NCBI GenBank assembly: GCA_964035545.1
Contig: OZ037766.1
Coordinates: 19,146,767-19,210,766 of the forward strand
DNA: 64,000 nucleotides
Reading direction: 5' to 3'
Source: Bugula neritina
Lineage: Eukaryota; Animalia; Bryozoa
The position numbers and the translations under genes are program-made. Shown here one piece after another: positions 10,152 to 20,600 of the stretch. A model generated the notes under the pieces. It did not search any database. It had not been told where the DNA came from and saw only the letters and a program-made list of their open reading frames with translations. Numbering within the stretch: position 1 is the stretch's first letter; each line of letters opens with the position of its first letter.

Positions 10152-11225
10152 ATGGAAACGGGCTCGATGCCAGTAGATTCTGAACTAATTCAGCAGATTG
10201 AATCAGAATTACTGGGAACCACGTTTCATGTGAATGACGATGAAGACACTGTAATGGCCGATGGTCTGTTAGACCTGGAGCTAGACACTGTTCTTGGTCA
10301 GTCCACACATGATTCACCAGTTCCTCGAGTGCATTCCAAAAGCAGTGACTCCCAGGCTAGCAACGGTCGACAGTCACTAGAATTAGGTTGTAAAGATCCA
10401 CCGCGATCTAACACTAATTCTACTTTTGTAGACACACTCGCGCCCGTCTCTCCGGGCATGCCTTCTCTAGAGATGGCGTGGGACTCAGAGCCGGCCCCAA
10501 CAACTTCTACCACCAGGAAACTGCCACCCCAGTTGGAAGCAACCTCCAACTGGATTACCCCTGCCACAGAGAGAGAGATCAGGACCCATCAAGGAGGTGA
10601 GGGTAATCGTGAATGCAACCTCTGCCAGCAGCGATTCACGACCCACCGCAGACTAAAAGTACACTTGCCGCAACACTACATCACCACTTTCTGCCCTTGC
10701 GGAGAATATAGCTACAATCGTGATTACCTGTTGCGGCACCAACGTACTATGCAGTGTTATCAAGGGCATGTCTATGAAGTAGACGAATCATCCTATCCTG
10801 CCTTTCTCAACGCCATCAAACCACTCATCACTGACTCAGCTCGGCTATCTCGCCTGGAGCAAGGCTTCCCTTCCCCGCGACCCATCATCTCTAAAGCCGC
10901 AGATAAACCTACACAGTCTACTAACTCTCCACCTCACAGTCCTATACGCATGCCGCATACCTTTCCTCGTGTCGTACTACAGAGAGTAGACACAAATGCG
11001 TATACACTCCCTCCTCCCCTTCCATCCTCAGAGCGGAAAAGACACAGGCAGCCAACTTCCTCTCGCTCGTCCCCCTGGGCCCGTAACCTACGTGAGGTAG
11101 AAGCTAGGGCGCATGACTTGGAGCAAGAAGTGTACAGGCTGGCCCCACGGGTACAGGCAGCATCCAGTGAACTCAAATACTTACAGGAGTCTATTAAACG
11201 CATGAAGCGTGCGGCCCGCAGTTAA
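10152..11225 (+). CDS. ORF3 of element A: zinc-finger / PxVxL / coiled-coil protein (not env)
   Basis: 357 aa. C-x2-C-x3-F-x5-L-x2-H-x3-H followed by C-x-C-x12-H-x5-C (10614-10757). Homologous ORFs occupy the same position in B and C. Confidence 0.9.
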   Translation: METGSMPVDSELIQQIESELLGTTFHVNDDEDTVMADGLLDLELDTVLGQSTHDSPVPRVHSKSSDSQASNGRQSLELGCKDPPRSNTNSTFVDTLAPVSPGMPSLEMAWDSEPAPTTSTTRKLPPQLEATSNWITPATEREIRTHQGGEGNRECNLCQQRFTTHRRLKVHLPQHYITTFCPCGEYSYNRDYLLRHQRTMQCYQGHVYEVDESSYPAFLNAIKPLITDSARLSRLEQGFPSPRPIISKAADKPTQSTNSPPHSPIRMPHTFPRVVLQRVDTNAYTLPPPLPSSERKRHRQPTSSRSSPWARNLREVEARAHDLEQEVYRLAPRVQAASSELKYLQESIKRMKRAARS

Positions 11226-11482
11226 CTCGAATCTACCTACAACTCCATACTACTCATTCCCCTACCTCTCTGTGGCATTCCCTACCGTAATGGTGGCACG
11301 TACTCTACATGTAGATAGGACCTTCTCTTGCTTATTACTTAGTGTGCACGTTATATATACCTGTATATTTTTTTTATCAGTTGTTGTTTTTTTTGTATAT
11401 ACTTTTATACTGTTCTCTTACCCCCCCGAAGTATACGTTTTTTTTATGTGAGTTTATTTTATCAGAAAGTGGGCTTTCTGCT

Positions 11483-11493
11483 GGAGGGGGCAG
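11483..11493 (+). promoter_or_regulatory. Polypurine tract of element A
   Basis: GGAGGGGGCAG abutting the 3' LTR. Confidence 0.85.
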
Positions 11494-11798
11494 TGTGGTG
11501 GCTCGTGGAGCTACCAGCAACACAATACGCAAGGTTGCGTATTGACCCGGAACAATGTATTAGCCAATTAGCTAGGCTGTTTTATAAGTAATAGTAGCCG
11601 CTTCGCGCTACTAGCTCAGTTGAGGATAGTGCTGAAAACTAAATAGACGTGCGTATCATTACTGTTGTACATTGGATTTTTATTATGTATTCTTGTATTA
11701 AATATAACGATATCTACTCGACTTAACTGGTGAAGTTTCTCTAGTGTTAAATAGACTCTCTTGGTGACACATCAACCCTAAATCTGAAAACTATAACA
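11494..11798 (+). repeat. 3' LTR of element A
   Basis: Matches 4356-4660 and is followed by the TSD GTAT. Confidence 0.97.
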
Positions 11799-11821
11799 GT
11801 ATCGATTGACTACAAGAGAGA

Positions 11822-12392
11822 GATATATATAAATACATATAATATATATATAATATATAAATGATAACATATATATATGTTATATATATTATATATAATA
11901 TTATTATATATTTATGATATATATAATATAATAATATTACATTATATTTATTATATATATTATTATTATATATAATATATATAATATAATAATATTATAT
12001 TATATTTATTATATATAATATTATTATGTATATAATATATATAATATAATAATATATTATATTTATTATATATAATGTTATTATATATATAATATAATAA
12101 TATATTATATTTATTATATACAATATTATTATATATATAATATATACATCCTATAAAATATAATATAATAATATGTAATATATTATTATAATATATATAT
12201 ATTTATATATGTTATATATATTATTATTATATATATAATATTTATATATATTGTATATATTATATATAATATTATTATATATATAATATATATATATATA
12301 ATCTAATACAATAATATATAATATATAACAAGATAAAATATATTATGATAATATATATATTATATGTGTATATATATGTATATATATGTATG

Positions 12393-12471
<79 letters not shown>

Positions 12472-12510
12472 GTATATATATATATGTATATATATATATG
12501 TATATATACC

Positions 12511-12586
<76 letters not shown>

Positions 12587-12712
12587 TATTATATTATATA
12601 ATATATTATTATAATATATATATATTATATATAATATTATTATACTTATATAATATATATATAATATAACAATATATAATATAAAAATATATAATATATT
12701 ATTATAATATAT

Positions 12713-12758
<46 letters not shown>
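11822..12758. repeat. (TA)n / AT-rich low-complexity tract
   Basis: Direct inspection. Confidence 0.95.
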
Positions 12759-12762
<4 letters not shown>

Positions 12763-13320
12763 GCCAAATATTTACTACAAAATTCAAAAATAGCATAAAT
12801 TAAGTAGTATTACCGTGCCTATTTGCATCCAATTAACTAGTCTTACATTTATAGCAACTGTAACGTATTTTGTGTATAATGGTTATTGCAAGCATTATTC
12901 AATTCATATTCACAATAAAATCACAGCGAAGCTTTAACTTTATAGCTTTGTATTTATGTGCATGATTGAGTTTTAATTTTTCTTTTAATTTTATGTGCAA
13001 TAAAAATGTGTTTAAAAACTTTACCAATAAAAAAAATTAAAAAAATGTACACATGAAATAGAAAAAAAATAAAATAACAAAAGTGGCAAAATTTTTCCTT
13101 TATAACTTATATAAACTCGCGGTACCAATCCCGGCATAATGGCGCCCATATGATTCCGTAAGATTTGCTAATGGCAACACTCTTAAATATACCACACTGG
13201 CCCAAACTATCCTGTGCACTAATCATCTTTGAACAATATTATGCCCATACGGGCGTATGACCTAGAACAGTCTATTTTCTTCTAGGCCATACGGCGTATG
13301 GGACCGTATGGGTACCACTA
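12759..13320. repeat. Interspersed repeat / non-autonomous DNA transposon fragment
   Basis: 12760-13140 is closely similar to 33620-33990. Repeated CATACG/CGTATG motifs precede a terminal GGTACCACTA. Confidence 0.6.
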
Positions 13321-13330
13321 CATCCCTGTA

Positions 13331-13493
<163 letters not shown>

Positions 13494-14680
13494 TTGATAC
13501 TAATACAATTTTGGATATAAAAATAAATTTAGATCTTCATTTATTGACTACATTATTGTTTCACGTAGTGCGAGCTACGATCATCAGGTCGTTGTGTGTA
13601 CGCTTGAGTGATTTTGTTTTGAAATTAGTATTGTTAGTGTATTACTACGCTGGAATGTTTTAACTAGCGTCTGTTAAGTGCGCAAGTAAAAATTTGCGTT
13701 TATGTCTACATGTGGTGGAAAGCTCTTTTCGTTTGTTGAGGGAAGATAATTCCGGTTGTTTTAAAATCATATACTTCTCATAGTTGCATAAGTTACATCT
13801 GTTGGTTAGGTTTGAGTATGATTTGCAAATTTTTAAAATATTCCATTTTAAGCTGAATTTTGTGTTGTTGTCTTTTAAATTCCAGATGTGTCTGCTGAGT
13901 TGCGTGCTGTTGGCTTTATCTGCATGTAGGAAAGAGGCTTTGTGGTTATTGAATCTGGTTTTGAAGGTAGTCGAACAGAGTCTTATGTATGAATGGCTGG
14001 AATTATTGTCATGTCTTGTTACAGTTGCTTGGTATATTACGTCTTTGTATAAGCATTTACCATTTAATGGACAGTGGGAAGGTTGTTTGCAGTTACATTG
14101 TGTGTTATTTAGTTTAGTAGCGGTAGTAGGGGTGTGTGTGGTTTTAAGTTTGTGATGGTTCGAGCCATCAATAATATTTTTCATGTTGGGCATGCATGAA
14201 TAGCTAATTTTTATGGTTTTCCTATTGAAAATTTTACTTAGTTGGTTGGATGGTGGAAAGCATTTGTCGATGATTTGAAGAAATTTCTTCCCTATTTTGG
14301 TTTTTACTGTTGAACTGAAAGGTGGGTTGTACCACAATATGTTTCTATTTCTATTTCTATTATTGTTGTTGGATTTGGGTGTCAGGTTATATTTTAATTT
14401 ATAGTCATATCCACTGTTTGATAGTGCTTCTTGGTACGGTTGTATGGTGGTGTTAAACTCTTCTTCATTGGAGGATAGTGAGCTAAGTCTTTTAATAATA
14501 TTTTCTGGTATGTTTTTCAATACTGCAGGTGGGTGGTCGCTTTGTTTATGAACATAAAGGATAGTGTTTCCAGGTTTTGTATAGGGTTTATAGGATTGGT
14601 TAGTCAAGTTAAATGTTACATCTAGGAAGTTTACAACTTTCTTATTGGCTTCTATTGTGATTGAAAGATTAAATTTTGGA
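13494..14680 (-). mobile_element. 5'-truncated Penelope-like element (RT thumb plus C-terminal GIY-YIG endonuclease)
   Basis: ORF 13660-14694: VNFLDVTF..YKPYTKP..YVHKQSDHPP; WYNPPFS; CNC..CPLNGKC linker; VIY...YIR(G)...FKTRFNNH; RCNLCNYEK. Confidence 0.9.
13546..13590 (-). ncRNA. Minimal type I hammerhead ribozyme in the Penelope 3' region
   Basis: Minus strand reads GAC-CUGAUGA-uCGUAG(cucgca)CUACGu-GAAA-CA(auaa)UG-UA-GUC, followed directly by AAUAAA. Confidence 0.8.
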
Positions 14681-15439
14681 CAATATAAACACAAAACTCC
14701 TCCAGCATATCAAAGTCAACATATGGAAGAACTCCTACTCAGTAATAAATTGGTTTGAAAACATCAAGAACAAAAGCAGTCAAAGAACGGTAGTTTGGCG
14801 CAGCTGACGCAATGGTCTGATCACGTGATCTAAACTTACCAAAATTCGCATTCGTCGTGCTATTTTGGTCCGCTATGCGTCCAATTCGTTGATCGTGTGA
14901 ATATAGTACACCTATAATTACAGCTAGTACTATTGAGTCAGTAGCTCTCACTGAATGTTTGTGTTCGACAAATTGCAAGACTCACTGTAGTAACTAAATC
15001 AAATACTATTGCATTTACTGTATTAGTATTACTTACTGTATTAGTATTAGCAATATTTTAATTAATAATTTAATTATTTATATTATTTATTTATTATTAT
15101 CACATTATCATTATGATTATTACTATTGTCATCATTATCTCTTCATTATGATCACATCACTATGATCTGCCATAGATTCTATCATCATGACTATCGTTAT
15201 GATTGCCACTATGACTATCACTATGTCATAAACTATTGACTACGGTCTACCACCGAGTGTATCAGTATGAAATTGAATAATTAATCATTATCATTATCAT
15301 AATGATACTCACATTCAATGAATGTGAGTATCATTATGATAATGATTATTAATAATAAATATATTTATTATAATACATAAAATAATGAATCCTAAATTTA
15401 AATGCTAATTGATAACGTCATTATGATTTACATTTACAT

Positions 15440-16990
15440 TCTTCCAACCACTGACAGTAAGATAATCGCCAATGAACTAAATAGATACTTTCCCTCAGAC
15501 ACTCACAATTCTGCCACCAAGAAAGTGTATCAAAACTCCCACTTTTCTCAACTCCAACAGAACCATTTCCCATCACATTAGATAGTGTTGAAAAACTTAT
15601 TGTTGACCTTAAAAATCCGCAAATGCCAATTAATAATAAACCCTAATATCAATGCAGAGTGTCTTCAGTATATCTTCTCTGGTTCATTGAAACAAGGTGT
15701 GCTTCCAGGTGCATGGAAGACTGCCAACATCACTCCTAAATATAAAAAAGGTGAAAAAGAGAAGCCATGCAATTACCAACCTATTTCATTGACAAGTGTC
15801 CCCTGCAAAATGCTAGAACATATTATATTACACTATCTAAATATTACACTAAATTCAATTTTGGTTAATAGGCAACATGGATTTAGACGTGGCCTCTCAT
15901 GTGACACTCAATCGTGTGCGACTTTTCATGATCTTGCAAGAGTAGCCGACAACTCATCAACTACTCGTGCAGTAATTCTAGATTTTAAAAAAGCCCTCTA
16001 TAAAGTTCCTCGTTTACTACTCATAGAGAAAATCAAGCATGTTAAAGGAATTGATCCTTTTATTGTCAATTGGATACAGAGCTTTTTGACTGAAAGAAGT
16101 CAAAAAATAGTTATCAAAAAGACGGAATCATCTGAACTAAGTGTAACATCTGGAGTCCCCCAAGGATCAGTTCTTGGACCAACACTTTTCCTAATTTACA
16201 TCAATGATCACCCTAAATCTGTCTCATGCAAAGTCAGTCTATATGCTGACGATGCACTTTTATATGCTGAAGTTAACAACAAAATACAACAGGAAGCCTT
16301 TCAGAGAGACCTAAACTCACTTTATAATTGGTTACCTAAATGGAAAATGTCATTTAATACTGATAAGTGTGAAGTGATTATGTTTGGTGAAACTGATGGC
16401 ACCTCCTATCTATATTCACCTGGTGACACCACTCTTAGAACTGTTTAAGAGGCCAAATATCTTGGTGTAATTATGCATTCTAACTTGAAGTTTGACAGAC
16501 ATATTACATCTAAAGTCAACAATGCAAATAAAATACTTGGCTGTATCAAGTATACAATCTACAATGCACCCATGAAGGCAAAATTAATTGCATACCTTAG
16601 TCTATGTAGATCTATCCTTGAGTATGCAGACACGTGGGATACGACTAACAAAAGTGCCTGTGAGGAAATTGAATGGGTTCAAGATCAAGCCATCAGGTTT
16701 ATCGCTAACCTCAAAGGGAGATGTGGCATCAGTGACGCTCGAACTGAATTGCAGCTTAAAACTCTTGCGAGCCGACGAAGAGACCATATAATAACATTGT
16801 TAATGAGAACACTCTCAGATGAAGAGCGCCATGAAAAGCTTTCATCTGCTTATGATAAACTATTATATTCAAATCGGTCAATAAACACTCGATCTGCTAA
16901 GAGAGGAGAACCAACATCAATTTCTCATCTTCACAGACCTTTCACTACAGTTTTCTCCCTCGAAACATTAGATATTTGAGGATACTACCT
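15440..16990 (+). mobile_element. Degraded LINE reverse transcriptase fragment (CR1/L2/jockey-like)
   Basis: ORFs 15585-16448 and 16473-16979: YQPISLTS, QHGFRRG, ILDFKKA, GVPQGSVLGPTLFLIYIND, LYADD. Confidence 0.9.
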
Positions 16991-17009
16991 CATAACACAA
17001 ACTCAGCTT

Positions 17010-17228
17010 AAAAAAAACTCGCGCAAGTTTATAGTCGCTATCCCTGTGAGAAACCCCTGTTGGAAAGGGTTTTTATTGGAACGGGCTAAGGACTTGTTCA
17101 AATGAGGCACAGGAGCAATTATGACTGGATGCTCTTCCTAGCATCACCAATGGCCTTTGTCGGAGTTCGAACCTATGACTTCGTGTTCACGAAGCAAACG
17201 CTTTAACCCCTAGACCACGGCTGCTCCC
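17010..17228 (-). mobile_element. tRNA-derived SINE
   Basis: Head with A box (GTGGTCTAGGGG) and B box (GGTTCGAACTCC), non-tRNA body, T-rich tail. Second copy at 33267-34287. Confidence 0.75.
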
Positions 17229-17630
17229 TTAGCTATGTGCTAAAACCTTTCAAATTACAAACAAAATATCCAAACTTAGCTACATGCTGGAATAGATACA
17301 TTTCAACACATGGTAAACCCAAACAAAAAAAACATAAGAGGCACTCATAATTTGGCGCCTGTAGGTGTTAGTAGAATGTTCTAATTTTTACGAGGCGAGT
17401 TACAAGGTGAGGTGAGTTCTGTTACTTAGCAAGTTAATAGTTAGTACTTAGTAGTATTACTATTACTATTAGACTCACGGTGGTAAATAAAAAAGTTAGA
17501 AAGGATTATCATTGTAATAATTTTTATGATTATTTACATGACTCACTAATTATTTTGAAATTACTTATAGTTAATGTTATTCAGTTTTTCCGAGTCAGTT
17601 TAGCTTCTGCTCTTCTAGCCAATCAGTTAA

Positions 17631-20600
17631 TGTTATAGCTATAACCTTACTATTATGGTCATGGTGCTGATAGTTGTTAATAGTAGTCATTTTTATAATA
17701 ATATTCATATTAAGCTTTGCCATGTAGTTGTGTTGTTTGACTGCTATTAGTTACCGAGAGACTCGTTGAGCTCGGGGATTTTCCTATTAGCTTGAATTGC
17801 AATAAATGACAAGAATCATCAGCTTAGACTCAATCCAATGTTGTTGTACTCTTACGCACCAATCACACATGGTGGCAGCAGTTAATACTAATAATGGGCG
17901 ATAAAGAAGTTCAGCAACAAATAATTGTGCATAGGAATGCGCCCAGAATCGAACCACTAGGTGAGATCGTTTTGAATTGTGAGCAAGAGCAAAACTTCAG
18001 AAGGTTTAAAAGCCTGTGGCAGTCATTTTATATTCTGTCTAGACATTCGGAGGAAAGTAATTAGTACCAAAGAGCATTGCTATTATACACAATTGGTGAT
18101 GATGCATGCCGGGTCGTAGAGTCTAGTCATAGATATCAAAATGATCAGAGTCTAGCAGCGATTATAGACATTTTAAAACAGTGTTGCATAGGAGAACGAA
18201 ATATAGTGTACGAACGCTATAAATTTAATCTGAGGTGTCAATTACAAGGAGAGAATTTTGATGCCTTTTACTTAGTATTACGTGCACTAGCCGATAAATG
18301 TGGATTTAACTACCTACCCGCCACTGATGAGGCACCAGCACCATTTGATGAAATGCTGAGAGATTGAATTGCTGTAAGAATTAGGGGTGACTCTCTTAGA
18401 AAGAAATTAATTTTTCAAGGGAACACTTTAACACTAGACAGGCAGTACGAAGTTGTAGGAGCAGTGAAGTCACTTCAACTGTGATGCAAATTGTAACAAA
18501 AAGAGCAAGCTCAGGGTATGTAGATGATATAATTAAAGCACAAAGCAGGTACCTTAAATATAATCAAAGCAAACCAAGTCATACGCGCAAGCATGGAGGT
18601 GCTGTTCAGCTGCCAATCAACTCACAGTTGTACAAGCCTACAAACAGCCAGGATCAATTGTAGTCTTGACGATGTCAATAGATGTATATCGGTGTCACTA
18701 AATCTATGTCGATGTCAATAGATGTTAATCAATGTCAAATGGTGGCAAATAATGTCAACCAGTGTTATCTTAGAATAATAGCGTAATAAAGGACATCAGT
18801 GAGGATTTATCGCTCAAATCACAGCCTAGTTCACTACAGTCAAAATTCTTTTTCCTCTCGTAAAATTACAACTAGTTTACTAGCACTAACTATTGCCAAG
18901 TGCCAGAGGTCTCTTAGTTAGCACTGACTGTGCTGTAAAACGCTTTTCTTTGTAGGTTTTCAATATAGCTAAGATGGCTAAGCAAACTCACACTAATTTC
19001 ACTACAACGAGGGTATACTGTTTACGGGGGAGTTCGAAATAGAAAACTAAACTGTGGATGCTTAAAAAGCTGAAGTAGCAGTAAATGGTAACCCTACTAC
19101 TACCAAGCTTTCTACAGGTGCAGATGGTACAGCAGTCAGTGACAAACTACCTTGGCTGTCTACTATTTTACTGCAAACTACAGGAGTCCGCTTATTTGGA
19201 CCTGGAGAAAAGCAACTCTAAATCTTTGGAACTTTTGAGGCAGATCTTCCATATAAAGGTCATGAGTACAAGGACACAGCCTACGTAATTCAAAATCAGT
19301 GAACCTCTCTACTCAGTAGAACTGCTTGCGAGAAGTTAAGACTGATAACTTGCCAAGTGAAGCAGCAAGGTGAAGTAACCAAAGGCATCTCCACAGGCTT
19401 CTCAAGGGATACTCATACAGAATATTACTGATTCTAGATTACCAACCTAAATGCATCTACGCTCCAAGAAAAATTCCGATTTCATTATGAGATAAGATTA
19501 AGAAAAAGCTAGATGAGATGGTGCAGCAAGGAGTTATCTCCACCGTATTAGAAGCTACAGAGTGGTGTAGTGGCATGGTTCCAGTCCTTTAACCATCAGG
19601 AGATGTGGACCTGACTGGCCTAAATAAAACTGTTGGAAGGGAAATCTATCTAATGCCAGCAGTCGATGAAAGGATGGGACTGTTGGGAGCTAGTTAGACC
19701 TTCTCAAAACTAGATGCCAATAGCGGGTTCTGGCAAATACACTTGAACAAGGAGTCAAGAAAGCTGACTACCTTCCTTACATCTTTCGGCCGGTTCTGTT
19801 TCAACAGACTTCCATTTGACATATTTAGTGCACCGGAGATCTTTTCTCGAACTATGTGCAGAATGTCACATGGATGATATTCTAGTTCATGGTAAAGATG
19901 CAGAAAGCCACGATAAAACCTTGAAGCTGGTTTTAAGCAGACTAGAAGAAGCAGGACTCACATTGAATAAGGACAAGTGTAAGATTGGCCAAGTTTTTAG
20001 GCCACATCATAGATGCTAAAGGAGTCAACCCTGACCTAGATAAAGTCGCATCAATACGTAATTTTCCAGCCCCTACCTGTTAGAGTTGAGATGAATAAAT
20101 GGCATGCTGAATCAGCTAGCTAAATTTATTCCTCACCTCTCCGAAATCACAGCTCCCATGAGAGAGTTACTGAAAGAAAGTAAAGCTTGGACATGGAGTC
20201 AACCGCAACAGGAAGCTTTCCCAAAAGTAAAGCCCATACTTATGTTTGCTCAGGTCATAGCCCACTATGATCCCAAGCTGAAAACAATTGTTGCCACTGA
20301 TGCTTGCAACACTAGACTTAGAGCTGTTATGTTACAAATACAAAAGGATGGAACAAGGAGGCCAGTATACTATGCACCAAGGTCTTTGACCGCAGTGGAA
20401 CAAAATTAAGAGGCGATAGAAAGGTGACGTTTGGCAATGGCTTGGGCATGCAACAAGCTAGATCAGTTCAAAAGAGGATTATCTTTCACTCTAGAGACTG
20501 ATTACAAGCCTTTAGTTAGGCTTAATGGGTGTAAAAGACTTGGACCAAGTGTCAGCCAGGATTCTCCGATTGAGACTGTGGCTCATGAGGTATGCCTGTG

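Larger units (their letters stand above)
4356..11798 (+). mobile_element. Element A: intact Ty3/Gypsy LTR retrotransposon (gag, pol, extra ORF3)
   Basis: 305-bp TG..CA LTRs at 4356-4660 and 11494-11798, identical by eye. 4-bp TSD GTAT (4352-4355 / 11799-11802). PBS, PPT and three uninterrupted ORFs present. Confidence 0.98.

Noticed and set aside
5189-10567. Many antisense and alternate-frame ORFs over the GC-rich Gypsy bodies, some recurring between copies
   Set aside because: Expected shadows of GC-rich coding sequence. Recurrence reflects DNA similarity and they show no independent motifs.
10152-11225. ORF3 as an env or fusogen
   Set aside because: No signal peptide, fusion peptide or transmembrane helix; it has nuclear-type motifs instead.
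17150-17228. tRNA gene
   Set aside because: A and B boxes are present but there is no complete cloverleaf, and it continues into a repeated body, so it is a SINE head.
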